From Chloroflexota bacterium (GTDB lineage Bacteria; Chloroflexota; UBA11872): 64,000 bases of DNA. Under the pieces are notes generated by a model that saw nothing but the letters and a program-made list of their open reading frames with translations, was not told where the DNA came from and ran no database searches. The stretch is from contig WTFW01000163.1 of NCBI GenBank assembly GCA_011523785.1, forward strand, positions 4,835 through 68,834, in the 5' to 3' direction. Below are positions 8,122 to 17,861 of this stretch, piece by piece (the stretch's first letter is position 1; the number at the start of each line of letters is the position of its first letter). Made by a program: the position numbers and the translations under genes.

Positions 8122-9251
8122 AGATCGGCGGACGGCGTACGCCGCAGTCGAGCCAACCGGTCGGCTTCAGCCAGGCCGCGGGGGGTCAGCGACCAGCCGC
8201 CGGCATCGTGCCGCTGGGCCAAGCCATCGGCGGCGAGTTCGCTGAGTGCGCGATCCACGAGGGCGCGACCGCGCACCGCATGCAGGGCGGCGATATCGTG
8301 CGGACGGGTGGCGTCTGAGCTGTGTTGCGCCGCGAGCGCCGCCAAGTCCGACATCACAGCTTCGAGCGCCAGGATTCGCTGGCTGCGCCAGGCGTGCATG
8401 CGGGTCCACACGAGGCCGCGGGCCGGCGCAACGAGCAGGGATACGACCACCAGACCAGTGGCGACCAGCACGATCGTGGGTCCGGTAGACGTCTGGGCCG
8501 TGGTGCTGATCAGCGCCCCCAGCACGCCGGCCGCAGCGCCGAACAGGGCGGAGAGCGTGACCATGACCCCGAGGCGGTTGGTCCACTGGCGGGCGGCGGC
8601 CCCTGGCGCCACGACCATCGCGCTCATCAGGACCACGCCGACGGTCTTGAGACCGACGACGATGGCGATGACGAGGAGGCTGGTGAGGAGCAAATCCAGG
8701 CGCCGGGTGGGCACTCCAAGCGTGGCGGCGAAGTCCGGATCGAAACTCAGCAGCTTGAACTCTTTCCAGAGCACCAGCACCCCGAGCAGACCGACGGCGC
8801 CGACCGATGCCATGGTGATGACATCGCTTTCGAGCATGGCGGCGGCCTGTCCGAACAGGAACTTGTCGAGCCCGGCCTTGCCGGCAGCGGGCCGTCGCTG
8901 GATGAAGGTCAGTACGACCAGCCCGGCGCCAAAGAAGACGCTCAGCATGAGGGCCATGGCGGTATCGGTCTTGACGCGGGAAGCGCGAATGATGCCGGCG
9001 ATGGCCACGGCTGCGAGCCAGCCGGTGAGGGCCGCGCCAATCATCAGCACCAGCGGCGCGCGGCTGCCGGTAATCAGGAAGGCCAGGGCGACCCCGGGCA
9101 GCGCGGCATGCGACATGGCGTCGCCGAGCAGAGCCTGGCGACGGAGCACGGCAAAGGCGCCGAGAGCGCCGCTGACGATGCCAAGGGCGGCGGAGCCCAG
9201 CGCGACGGTTCGCAGCGTGTAGTCCAGGGCCATGTCGCTCAGCACATCCAC
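8118..9251 (-). CDS. ABC-3 family metal transporter permease (second permease), also with a C-terminal DtxR-like winged-helix extension.
   Basis: Polytopic permease core. Tail ...ALSELAADGLAQRHDAGGWSLTPRGLAEADRLARLRR resembles the DtxR wHTH wing and the start of the RKHRL helix. It has a 4-nt overlap with the downstream permease. Confidence 0.85.
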   Translation of the reverse strand: MDVLSDMALDYTLRTVALGSAALGIVSGALGAFAVLRRQALLGDAMSHAALPGVALAFLITGSRAPLVLMIGAALTGWLAAVAIAGIIRASRVKTDTAMALMLSVFFGAGLVVLTFIQRRPAAGKAGLDKFLFGQAAAMLESDVITMASVGAVGLLGVLVLWKEFKLLSFDPDFAATLGVPTRRLDLLLTSLLVIAIVVGLKTVGVVLMSAMVVAPGAAARQWTNRLGVMVTLSALFGAAAGVLGALISTTAQTSTGPTIVLVATGLVVVSLLVAPARGLVWTRMHAWRSQRILALEAVMSDLAALAAQHSSDATRPHDIAALHAVRGRALVDRALSELAADGLAQRHDAGGWSLTPRGLAEADRLARLRRTPSADL

Positions 9252-9287
9252 CGGTTCTGCGGTCCTAGCGACGCACGAGCGGTGGGT

Positions 9288-10067
9288 TCACGCCAACATG
9301 TCCAGAGGGGTCGCGTTGGCGCGGCCGCCGATTCCGGCAACTCGACCGCCGTAGGTGAGGCGCAGGTTCTCCTCAGTGAAGACCTCGTCGACGGGTCCCG
9401 CGGCGATGCGGCGTACGTTGAGGAGGGTGACCTGGTCGAAGTATTCGGCGACGGTTTGCAGGTCGTGGTGCACGGCGACGACCGTTTTACCGGCGGTGCG
9501 CAGAGCGCGCAGCAAGTCGACAATGGCGCGCTCGGTGGTGGCGTCGACTCCCTGGAACGGCTCGTCCATCAGGTAGATCTCGGCGTCCTGGACCAGCGCC
9601 CGCGCCAGAAAGACCCGCTGCTGCTGACCGCCCGAGAGTTGGCTGATCTGGCGGTCGGCGTAGTCCTGCATCCCCACTTGCTCCAGGGCGGCGGTGGCGC
9701 GCGAGCGCTCGGACGCTCCGGGACGCTTTACCCAACCCAGGCTGCCGTAGGTGCCCATGGTGACGACATCCAGTGCGGTGGTGGGAAAGTCCCAGTCCAC
9801 GCTGCCGCGCTGGGGGACATACGCGACCAGCCCTCGCTGTTCGAGGTAGGAGCGGCCGAACACGAGAACCTCGCCGGCAGCCGGCCGCAGCAGACCGAGC
9901 AACGTTCGCAGGAGGGTAGTCTTGCCGGCGCCGTTGGGTCCTACGATGGCCATCAGGACGCCCCGTGGAACTTCCAGGTCCACGTCCCACAGAACGGGCC
10001 GCTGCTGATAGGCCAGGGTGAGGTCGGTGGCCTGGACGGCCAGGGCGTTGCCGGTGCGAAGGCGCAC
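9288..10067 (-). CDS. Metal ABC transporter ATP-binding protein (ZnuC/MntA-like).
   Basis: Walker [13 protein letters not shown] signature LSGGQQQRV, Walker [14 protein letters not shown]-loop AVHHD. Confidence 0.92.
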   Translation of the reverse strand: MRLRTGNALAVQATDLTLAYQQRPVLWDVDLEVPRGVLMAIVGPNGAGKTTLLRTLLGLLRPAAGEVLVFGRSYLEQRGLVAYVPQRGSVDWDFPTTALDVVTMGTYGSLGWVKRPGASERSRATAALEQVGMQDYADRQISQLSGGQQQRVFLARALVQDAEIYLMDEPFQGVDATTERAIVDLLRALRTAGKTVVAVHHDLQTVAEYFDQVTLLNVRRIAAGPVDEVFTEENLRLTYGGRVAGIGGRANATPLDMLA

Positions 10068-10069
10068 GC

Positions 10070-11044
10070 CTATGCCTTCCGCAGCGCCGCGACGATGGTG
10101 TCGATGTTGTGGCGAATCATGCCGAGATAGGTGCCTTCCTCGGTGCCCTCCGCGCCCATGGCGTCGGAGAAAATCTCGCCGCCGATCGTCACGGTGTGAC
10201 CGCGGGCGGCGGCGGCCTCGATGACTGCCTGCACGCCCTGATCAGGCACCGACGACTCGATGAAGACCGCCGGGATCCCACGCTCGCTGATAAAACGCGC
10301 CAGCTCCTGCACGTCGGCCGTGCTGGCCTCGCTCTCGGTGCTGATGCCCTGCAGGCCGCGCACCTGCATGCCGTAGCGGTTGGCGAAGTAGTTGAAGGCG
10401 TCGTGGGCGGTGATGAGGACGCGCACACGTTCTTCGATTTCCTGCGCGCGCGCCTTGACATACATGTCCAGTTCGGCGATCTCGGCGATGTAGGCGGCGG
10501 CATTGGCGCGGTAGGCCTCGGCTCCCTCGGGGTCCATGGCGACCAGGGCGTCGCGGATGGATTCGACCGCCGTCGACCAGAGGTCCAGGTCAAACCAGAC
10601 GTGTGGGTCGTAGGCGCCGTCGAACTCGGGCGGAGCCAGGAGGCGGGTCCGGTCAATGTGGTCGGTTACGCGGATGGAATGGACACCGAGATCGACCATG
10701 CGTTCAAGGACGCCGGACATGCCGGCTTCCAGGTGCAGGCCGTTCCAGAAGACGGCGTCGGCCGATTCGAGGCGGGTAATGTCGCTTTCGCTGGCCCGGT
10801 AGAGGTGGGGGTCAACACCGCTGCCCATGAGGCCCTGGACCTCCACGCGGTCGCCGCCGACGTGGCGCACGGCGTCGGCAATCTGGCCAATGGTTGCGAC
10901 AACGCGTAGCGGGCGGCCGTCCGCGAGATCGACGGGCGCCGGCTTGCTCGCGGCTGGGACTGATTCGCCGGCCGCATCGGTCTCGCAGGCCGCCAACGCC
11001 AAGACGGCCAGCAGTAACCCGGCCACCAGCGCCACCGTCCGCAC
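10070..11044 (-). CDS. Metal ABC transporter substrate-binding lipoprotein (TroA/ZnuA/MntC cluster 9 family). The track ORF extends to 11083 via TTG; a GTG start at 11044 gives a clean lipoprotein signal.
   Basis: [20 protein letters not shown] lipobox. Family blocks [26 protein letters not shown] and [15 protein letters not shown]. It has a 4-nt overlap with the ATPase gene. Confidence 0.88.
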   Translation of the reverse strand: MRTVALVAGLLLAVLALAACETDAAGESVPAASKPAPVDLADGRPLRVVATIGQIADAVRHVGGDRVEVQGLMGSGVDPHLYRASESDITRLESADAVFWNGLHLEAGMSGVLERMVDLGVHSIRVTDHIDRTRLLAPPEFDGAYDPHVWFDLDLWSTAVESIRDALVAMDPEGAEAYRANAAAYIAEIAELDMYVKARAQEIEERVRVLITAHDAFNYFANRYGMQVRGLQGISTESEASTADVQELARFISERGIPAVFIESSVPDQGVQAVIEAAAARGHTVTIGGEIFSDAMGAEGTEEGTYLGMIRHNIDTIVAALRKA

Positions 11045-11189
11045 TTCTGACCCTTTCACCTGTTGGACACTGCGCAAACTCAAAGAGCGCGCCGCTTTAC
11101 AGGCACCCTGTAATCCAACTTCGCTTATCTAAACAAAAGTTTTGAGCCAGGTCAAACCAGCCGAGATGTGCGAGCGACCTGGACGATTG

Positions 11190-12437
11190 CTAGGTGGCGC
11201 CTCGGCGCCGCGCGGCTGGGGCGGATTCGCCGGCGGCGATGGCGAGGAGGGCGGAGAGGGCGGCGAAGGCGAGCATGGTGAAGGCGCTGGCGGTGAAGTC
11301 GAGGACGTCCACGGCGACGCCGAGGCCGAGGGGGGTGAGGGCGACGCCGATATCGCGCAGGAAGGCGTGGGTGCCGAGAGCCGCGCCCAGACGCTCGCGC
11401 GGGGCGCGGTCCACGACGGTTGAGGTAATGGTGGGAATCGCGCCGCCGCCGAGGCCAAAGGCCAGGCCGAACAGTACATAGGTGGCGGCGTTGCCGGCCT
11501 GGCTGACGAGGACGCTGACCAGGCCCATGGCCAGCGCGCTGGGCACGTAGACCCAGAGGCGTCCGTAGCGATCGGACATGGCGCCGGCGACGATGGCCAC
11601 GGGGAAGCGCATGAGGGTGGAAAGGGAGATGGCAATGCCGATCAGGAACGGCTGGAGGTTGAGGACCTCGCCGCCGAAGAGGGGATAGAAGAAAGCCTTG
11701 AAGCCGAAGATGGGGACCGCCAGGGCCATGGCCATGCCGTTGACGAACAGCAGACGGCCGGGCGAGTAGATCGCGCGGCGGGCGAAGCGCAGGGGGCTTT
11801 CAGGTCGGCCGGGGCTAAGTGTGGACGCCTGGGCGGGCGGCGGGTCGTCCTTTACATAACGTTTCACCATGAACATCCCGGCCAGGATGGCCAGGACGGT
11901 CAGGAGCATGCCGATGCGCCAGTGGGCCAGGGTGGCGACGGCGCCGACGACGACGGGGGAGAGGAAGCCGCCCATCATGGTGGCGGAGCTAACGGCGCCT
12001 AGCATGCGCCCGCGCTCGCGTTCGGGAGCCTGGCGGGCAACGTAGGCCTGGGCGGCAGCGCTGGCGGTGATGGACCCCGCGCCCTCGACGATGCGGCCGA
12101 GCAGGAGCAGCCAGTAGAAGGGCGCCGCAACTGTAAGTATGACGCCGAGGATGGCCAGCGCGCCGCCGCCGTAGAAGAGGGGATGCAGGCGAATCCGGTC
12201 GACCAGGGCCCCCATGGGCAGGTTGATGAGAAGGCGGGCGACGGCAAAGCTGGCAATGAGCGCGGCGAGGGCCGTTCCGGCAGTGTCCTCGAGATTGAAG
12301 TCGCGGCTGATCGGCGCCAGGACCGAGGCGATGGAGCCGTTGCCAAAAGCGACGGCCACGGTAATGGCCATGGACGCCAGCACGTCGCGCGGCAGATCCA
12401 GGACCGCGAGCCAGGGGAGGCGGCGACGGGGTGGCAT
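11190..12437 (-). CDS. MFS transporter.
   Basis: Twelve-TM-like hydrophobic profile. MFS motif-A-like GALVDRIRLHPLFYGG and a second-half repeat MSDRYGR. Confidence 0.8.
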   Translation of the reverse strand: MPPRRRLPWLAVLDLPRDVLASMAITVAVAFGNGSIASVLAPISRDFNLEDTAGTALAALIASFAVARLLINLPMGALVDRIRLHPLFYGGGALAILGVILTVAAPFYWLLLLGRIVEGAGSITASAAAQAYVARQAPERERGRMLGAVSSATMMGGFLSPVVVGAVATLAHWRIGMLLTVLAILAGMFMVKRYVKDDPPPAQASTLSPGRPESPLRFARRAIYSPGRLLFVNGMAMALAVPIFGFKAFFYPLFGGEVLNLQPFLIGIAISLSTLMRFPVAIVAGAMSDRYGRLWVYVPSALAMGLVSVLVSQAGNAATYVLFGLAFGLGGGAIPTITSTVVDRAPRERLGAALGTHAFLRDIGVALTPLGLGVAVDVLDFTASAFTMLAFAALSALLAIAAGESAPAARRRGAT

Positions 12438-12503
12438 TCAGGGCCGGTCAGGCGTTCGGATTACGTGGCCGGTACGGCGCCTCCGGTACCTGGCGAGGCC
12501 TGG

Positions 12504-13520
12504 TCAGTTTTTGACACGGACAACCTGGTTGTCGATGGCGGCATCGTAGCCGGCGAAGACGATTTGCAGGTTGCGGCGGCCCTCGTCCAGGGTGTGGAGG
12601 GGTGGAGCGTCGCCGCGGACGGCGTCGGCGAAGCGGCGGAAGATGGGCGTGAAGCCGAGCTCGTCGGCGTCCGTGCTTTCCAGCACTTCGGTTCGATCGC
12701 CGGTGTGCAGGACAGCTTCGCCGCGGTCCAGGCGGATGGAGCCGAGATCGCCGTGTACCTCGGTAAGGCCGGTTGCGCTGGTGGCGCTCCAGGCCGCCAG
12801 CACGATCGACGTGGCGCCGCTGGCGTGGCCGAGCATGAGGGCGGCGGTGTCGTCCACGTCCTGCTTCTGCACGTGGGTGCCGACGCGGGCGGACACGTGG
12901 GTGATGGGGGATTGGAGCATGGCCTCGGCGGTGTAGAGATTGTGATAGCCGTTGTCGAGGAGGGCGCCGCCGCCGGCATCTTCGCGCCGGCTGCGCCAGG
13001 TCGGGTCGTAGGCGGCCGCGCCTACGTACCAGCCGCTGCCCATGTGCTCCATGCGGAACATGAAGGGGCGGCCGATGCGCCCGGCCTCGATGGCTGTGAG
13101 CGCGGCGGCGGTGCTGGGGCGGTTGAGGTAGTTGTGCATGATGCCGGCGGGGATGTCGTTGCGTTCGACCTCAGCGATGATCTCGTCGGCCTGTTTCAGC
13201 GACGTGGCAAGGGGCTTTTCGCTGAGGAAGGGCGTGCGAGTGCGGGCGGCGCCCAGGCAGACGGGGGCGTGGAAGCGATGAGGCACGGCGATATCCACGG
13301 CGTCGACGCGGCCGGAGCGCAGGAGGTCGCGGTAGTCAGGAAAGCGGGCCTCAGCCGGTACACCGAAGCGGTCACCGATGAGGTTGAGGCGCTCGAGCGT
13401 GGGGTCGGCCACGGCGGAGACCTGCCAGACGTCCGGCAGGCGCTGTAGAACGGGGGCGTGGCCCTCTTCCTGGATGCGGCCGCAGCCTATGAGGCCGATA
13501 CGCAGGGGCGTAGCCATCAA
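12504..13520 (-). CDS. Gfo/Idh/MocA family NAD(P)-dependent oxidoreductase.
   Basis: N-terminal Rossmann LRIGLIGCGRI and EKPLATSLKQADEI motif. It has a 4-nt overlap with the upstream TIM-barrel gene. Confidence 0.85.
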   Translation of the reverse strand: MMATPLRIGLIGCGRIQEEGHAPVLQRLPDVWQVSAVADPTLERLNLIGDRFGVPAEARFPDYRDLLRSGRVDAVDIAVPHRFHAPVCLGAARTRTPFLSEKPLATSLKQADEIIAEVERNDIPAGIMHNYLNRPSTAAALTAIEAGRIGRPFMFRMEHMGSGWYVGAAAYDPTWRSRREDAGGGALLDNGYHNLYTAEAMLQSPITHVSARVGTHVQKQDVDDTAALMLGHASGATSIVLAAWSATSATGLTEVHGDLGSIRLDRGEAVLHTGDRTEVLESTDADELGFTPIFRRFADAVRGDAPPLHTLDEGRRNLQIVFAGYDAAIDNQVVRVKN

Positions 13521-14365
13521 GCGTTCTCACCGGCGAGGTCAAAGCCGAGGTTTTCGGTGAGGTAGCGGGAATTGACTTCCAGGCTCTGGCGCGGGGTGGT
13601 CTGCGAGCGGTCGAGTTCAACGGTGAGCCAGCCGTCGTAGTCGGCTTCGCGGGCCACGTCCAGCAGCGCGGGCAGATCCACGACGCCGGTACCCAGTTCA
13701 CCGAAAAAGGCGATGCGGGGGGCGTGGTCCTGAGCGCTGGCTACGTCCGGCCTGTCGCCGTCGAGTTCGGGCACGTAGTCCTTGATGTGCATGTAGGTGA
13801 GGATGTCGCGGTAGCTGGAGGCGACTTCCACCGGGTCGTCGCCGGCTTTGGCGATGTGGGCGGGGTCAAGCGCCAGCTTGACGAGGTCGGTGTCGACGGC
13901 GTCGAAGAAGCGCGTGATCTCGTCACGCTGCTCGATGACCGTGTTCCAGTGGGGGTGCATGCCGGCGACGATGCCCTTGTCGCGAGCGGCGGCGGCGACT
14001 TCGCTGACACCGCGGGCAAACCTGGCCAGGTCCTGGGCTGTCGGCGTTCCGGTGCGCTTGCCGGGACCCACTACCAGGCGGTCGGATCCCATTTCATGCA
14101 AGAAGTCGATGATGGCGAGGTTGTTGGCTATGGCCTCGGCCTGCTGGGCGGGATCGTGCAGCGGACCGCCGCCGTAGAGGGCCGATAGGCGCAGGCCGCG
14201 GGCCTCCAACATGGCCTGGAAGTCGTGGGCACGGCCGGCGAATTGGGCGACGACGGTTCCGAAGGTCTCGGTGCCGGCGTAGCCGAAGCTGCCGATGTCG
14301 TCGATGGCCTCGACGAGATTGTCGCCCCAGGTGATCTGGTGGCAGGAACAGCGAAAGACGGCCAC
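13517..14365 (-). CDS. Sugar phosphate isomerase/epimerase (xylose-isomerase-like TIM barrel).
   Basis: Family hallmarks LALDPAHI, HIKD and DGWLTVELD. Confidence 0.8.
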   Translation of the reverse strand: MAVFRCSCHQITWGDNLVEAIDDIGSFGYAGTETFGTVVAQFAGRAHDFQAMLEARGLRLSALYGGGPLHDPAQQAEAIANNLAIIDFLHEMGSDRLVVGPGKRTGTPTAQDLARFARGVSEVAAAARDKGIVAGMHPHWNTVIEQRDEITRFFDAVDTDLVKLALDPAHIAKAGDDPVEVASSYRDILTYMHIKDYVPELDGDRPDVASAQDHAPRIAFFGELGTGVVDLPALLDVAREADYDGWLTVELDRSQTTPRQSLEVNSRYLTENLGFDLAGENA

Positions 14366-14611
14366 AGGACAACCTCACGATGTGCGGGCGCGGGAAGGCG
14401 CCGACGTCGGCGGCGTGAACGTACGTTTTGTCGGGCCAGTGGGCAACTGGGCGTAGGCGCCCGTGTGTCTGGCGGACTCAGCGATGGGCAGTGGGCAGGG
14501 TATTGAAGGGCGGGTACGTGAGCTACGATCAACCAAACGGTCGGGTGGCAGATGCGACTGCCAACCGAACCGGGGGCGGTGAGATCGAAACTATTCCCAA
14601 GGAGGGACACC

Positions 14612-14788
14612 GTGAGCACCGCCTCATACGAGCAAAGACTCAGCGTCGTTGAAGCCGAGCGCAAGCACCTAGCAACGAAGGCCGACTTGCATGCCCTGGA
14701 GACCAGGCTCACCCGATGGATCGCCGGACTGGGCTTTGGCGTGGTTGGGACGCTGATTGCCGTCCTGGTGGACCGGTTTGCGGGGTAG
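14612..14788 (+). CDS. Small membrane-anchored coiled-coil protein, XhlA/DUF1640-like. Start is GTG 14612, preceded by an AAGGAGGG ribosome-binding site.
   Basis: VSTASYEQRLSVVEAERKHLATKADLHALETRLTRWIAGLGFGVVGTLIAVLV. This is a coiled-coil segment followed by one TM helix, reminiscent of the hemolysin XhlA family. The Shine-Dalgarno sequence is 5 nt upstream of the GTG. Confidence 0.55.
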   Translation: MSTASYEQRLSVVEAERKHLATKADLHALETRLTRWIAGLGFGVVGTLIAVLVDRFAG

Positions 14789-14903
14789 TTCCGGTACGTA
14801 GCAGCAGGTCCGGCCGCGTCGGGTTTCTACGCCGGTCGCGTCTGGTAGCTGACCATCGGACGCCAGCTTCCGTCACGAGCGAGGCGGCTCGACGGTTGAG
14901 AAG

Positions 14904-15758
14904 GTGAGCGTCCAGACTGCCGGCACGGCCGGGGTCTCAGATGAGGATCGCGAGTCCAGAAGCATGCGCGTGACCAGCCGTGAGCGGCTAGGCGAGCAAT
15001 ACGCGGACGACGCCCGGCTGGCCCTGCGGCAGGAAACGCATCGGCGCTACAGCGAGCGCCCGGACAACACTCCCGCGTGGGTGCTGGGGCTGTTGGCGCC
15101 GGGGATTGGCGACTTGGTGCTGGATGCGGGGGCGGGGAACGGCGCGTACCACTCGGCGGTGCAGAGCCGTGGGGCCAAGATCGTGGCGGTCGAGCGTGCG
15201 ATGGGGATGATCCGGTCGGTGTCCGAACCGGCGGCCTCGTACGTGGCGGGTGACGTAACGGCGCTACCGCTGTCCTCCGATACGGTCGATCACAGCATGG
15301 CCAACCACATGCTGTACCACGTGCCGGACATTCCGGCCGCGTTGCAGGAGCTTGCGCGCGTGACCCGTGCGGGTGGACAGGTGGCCATGACGACCAACGG
15401 CGACCGCCGGGAGTCGCCGCTGCAGCGGTTGCACGAGCGGGCGGCGCGGGAGTTGGGCATTGATGCCGACGTGCCAATCACGACGGACCGCTTCGGCGAT
15501 CACAACCTGGGGCAGGTGCGGCGCGTGTTTCCGGACGCCGCCACGCATGCGCAGGTGAATGCGCTGGTGTTTCCGACGGCGGAACCGGTGCTGGCGTATT
15601 ACGCGTCGGGACCCGTGGACAGCGTACGAGAGCCCACGGCTGACACGCGCCGCGAACTGGTGACGCGGATGGATGAACTGGTTCGACAGCGGATTGCAGC
15701 AGACGGCGAATTCCGGATTCCGAAGCGGGTTGTCTGCTACCTGGCAACGGCGCCGTAG
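14904..15758 (+). CDS. Class I SAM-dependent methyltransferase.
   Basis: Motif I VLDAGAGNG, acidic post-I AVER, motif II DVTALPLSSDTVD. Confidence 0.8.
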   Translation: MSVQTAGTAGVSDEDRESRSMRVTSRERLGEQYADDARLALRQETHRRYSERPDNTPAWVLGLLAPGIGDLVLDAGAGNGAYHSAVQSRGAKIVAVERAMGMIRSVSEPAASYVAGDVTALPLSSDTVDHSMANHMLYHVPDIPAALQELARVTRAGGQVAMTTNGDRRESPLQRLHERAARELGIDADVPITTDRFGDHNLGQVRRVFPDAATHAQVNALVFPTAEPVLAYYASGPVDSVREPTADTRRELVTRMDELVRQRIAADGEFRIPKRVVCYLATAP

Positions 15759-15825
15759 GTTCGGGCGGGTCTGGTCTCTGTGCCACTATCGGGCGGAACC
15801 GACCAGGGTCAGGTGAGGTCTAAAC

Positions 15826-16611
15826 GTGGCGAAGGGACTGAACGGCAAGGTGGCCGTGATTACCGGCGCGGGGCGGGGCATCGGGCAGGCCATTGCCGAA
15901 CGCTTCGCGGATGAGGGGGCGGCGGTGCTCGTGGCCGATGTTGATACGGAGGCTGCCGAGGCGGTTGCGGCAGGCATCGCTGCGGACGGCGGCTCGGCTC
16001 AGGCCCAGGACGCCGACGTGCGGAAGCCGGAGGACATCGTGGCCATGTTCGACGCGGCGGAAGCGGCGTTCGGTCCCGTGGACATCGTGGTGAACAACGC
16101 CGGCATCGGCGGGGCGACCTCCATCCTGGATCAGACAGTGGACGACTGGGACAACATGTTCACCATCAACGTGCGCGGCGTGTTCCTTGGCGTGCAGGAA
16201 GCGACGCGGCGGATGCTGCCCCGAGGCGCCGGGCTCATCATCAACCTGGCCTCGGCGGCCGGGAAGATCGGGCGGCCGTACATGACCTGCTACTGCGCGG
16301 GCAAGCACGCGGTGGTGGGGATCACGCGCGCGGCGGCGATGGAGTTGGCGCCGCACGGGGTGCGGGTGGTGGCGCTGTGCCCGGGCATCGTGGACACGCG
16401 GCTGTGGCGGGAGGACCTGAACCCGGACCTGACGGAGTTGGAAGGACGCGAGAACGAGTCGGCATGGGACGTGCGGGTGGCCAACATTCCGGTTGGCCGC
16501 CACCAGGTTCCCGAGGACGTGGCGAATGCGGCCTACATGCTGGCCAGCGACGACGCCTCGTATATCACCGGAATATCGCTGAGCGTGGACGGTGGGATGG
16601 TGCTGCATTGA
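15826..16611 (+). CDS. SDR family oxidoreductase (GTG start).
   Basis: TGAGRGIG cofactor motif, NNAG, and the catalytic Y at YCAGKHA. Confidence 0.88.
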   Translation: MAKGLNGKVAVITGAGRGIGQAIAERFADEGAAVLVADVDTEAAEAVAAGIAADGGSAQAQDADVRKPEDIVAMFDAAEAAFGPVDIVVNNAGIGGATSILDQTVDDWDNMFTINVRGVFLGVQEATRRMLPRGAGLIINLASAAGKIGRPYMTCYCAGKHAVVGITRAAAMELAPHGVRVVALCPGIVDTRLWREDLNPDLTELEGRENESAWDVRVANIPVGRHQVPEDVANAAYMLASDDASYITGISLSVDGGMVLH

Positions 16612-17678
16612 GCGAGGCGCTGTTTCCGACCTTCGTGGTTGGGAGCCTGCCGCGGCCGGTGTGGGTGCGGGAGCTGATCGAGCGGCGGAAGCGGGGCGAG
16701 GTGAGCGCGGCCGCGGCCGAGCGGGTGCTGGACGACGCGGTGCCGGCGGCGATCCGGATGCAGGAAGCGGCCGGGCTGGACTATGTCTCGGACGGCGAGT
16801 GGCGGCGCGAGAGCTACGTGAAGGTGTTTGCCGACGCGGTGGCGGGGTTCGAGCCGGACCTGATCGCGGGCGGCCGCGGGGCGGCGTATCCGGCGGTGAC
16901 CGAGCCGTTGCGGCAGGAGCGGGCGATCGCGCTGGACGAGGCGCGTTTCGTGCAACGGGCGACCACGCGACGGACGCTGACGGCGGTGCCGTCGCCCTAC
17001 ACGATCGCGCGTCGCATGTGGAGTCCGGAGCACTCCACGGGGGCGTATGCCGCGCGCGAGGACTTCATGGAGGCGTGCACTCCGATCATCAACGGGGAGC
17101 TGCAGCGGCTGACGTCGCTGGGGGTGGACGCGATCCAGCTGGACGATCCGTGGCTGGCGCTGCTGGTGGATGCGGAGTACCGGGCGCGGGCTGGGATCGA
17201 CGACGTGAAGCACGAGATCGAGATGGCGGTGCAGGGCGTCAACGGGGCGGTGGAGGGTGTGGACCACCCGCTGATCTCAGTGCACCTGTGCCATGCGCAC
17301 TCGAACCGGCAGCACAGCACGCGCGGGCCGTATGACCTGATCGTGGGGGCGCTGGGTCGGATGCACGTGCAGCGGTTGGCCATGGAGTTCGCGACGCCAG
17401 ACGCCGGCGGGATCGAGGTGCTGGCGCAGTTCCCGGACGACAAGCTGCTGGGTCTTGGGGTGATCGACCACACGGATATCAACGTGGAGACGCCGGAGGT
17501 CGTGGTGGCACGGGCCGAGGCGGCGATGCGTTACGTGCCGGCGGAGCGGTTGACGCTGAATCCGGACTGCGGGTTCGCGCCGTCGAGCATCAACCCGATG
17601 GACCTGGACGAGGCGTTTCTGAAATTGCGGGCGTTGTGTGTGGGGGCTGAGTTGCTGCGGGGGAGGCACGGACAGTGA
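16608..17678 (+). CDS. Cobalamin-independent methionine synthase catalytic-domain-only protein (MetE C-terminal / YxjG-like, UROD/MetE superfamily). Probable TTG start overlapping the SDR stop.
   Basis: Zn-ligand blocks VHLCHAHS and LTLNPDCGF. Substrate-binding block FVVGSLPRP. The track ORF's upstream extension is antisense-like junk until about 16608. Confidence 0.75.
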   Translation: MSEALFPTFVVGSLPRPVWVRELIERRKRGEVSAAAAERVLDDAVPAAIRMQEAAGLDYVSDGEWRRESYVKVFADAVAGFEPDLIAGGRGAAYPAVTEPLRQERAIALDEARFVQRATTRRTLTAVPSPYTIARRMWSPEHSTGAYAAREDFMEACTPIINGELQRLTSLGVDAIQLDDPWLALLVDAEYRARAGIDDVKHEIEMAVQGVNGAVEGVDHPLISVHLCHAHSNRQHSTRGPYDLIVGALGRMHVQRLAMEFATPDAGGIEVLAQFPDDKLLGLGVIDHTDINVETPEVVVARAEAAMRYVPAERLTLNPDCGFAPSSINPMDLDEAFLKLRALCVGAELLRGRHGQ

Positions 17679-17851
17679 ACGAGCAGAACTCAGATTCTCG
17701 AGAGGAAGATTGTTCGGAAAACGCAGACGAGCGTCGCCGGGCTGAGCGAGTGGCCGCTGTCGCCCGCTTCCGGCGGCGCCGGGCGAAGTTCAGGCGAGTC
17801 AAGATGACCATTGACGAGATCCTGGCTGACATAAACGAAGGACGCCTCTAG
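17675..17851 (+). CDS. Candidate 58-aa Arg-rich small ORF, GTG-started and overlapping the previous stop (GTGA). Low confidence.
   Basis: Translation: VNEQNSDSREEDCSENADERRRAERVAAVARFRRRRAKFRRVKMTIDEILADINEGRL. It is translationally coupled to the upstream gene. Codon bias in the first third is atypical for this genome. Confidence 0.25.
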   Translation: MNEQNSDSREEDCSENADERRRAERVAAVARFRRRRAKFRRVKMTIDEILADINEGRL

Positions 17852-17861
17852 CAGCGGACGT

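Noticed and set aside
11084-11190. DtxR-like operator upstream of the ABC-3 operon
   Set aside because: I found only a weak partial match (ACCTGTT within CACCTGTTGGACAC) and a loose AAAC-N4-GTTT inverted repeat, not a convincing palindrome. A motif search is needed.
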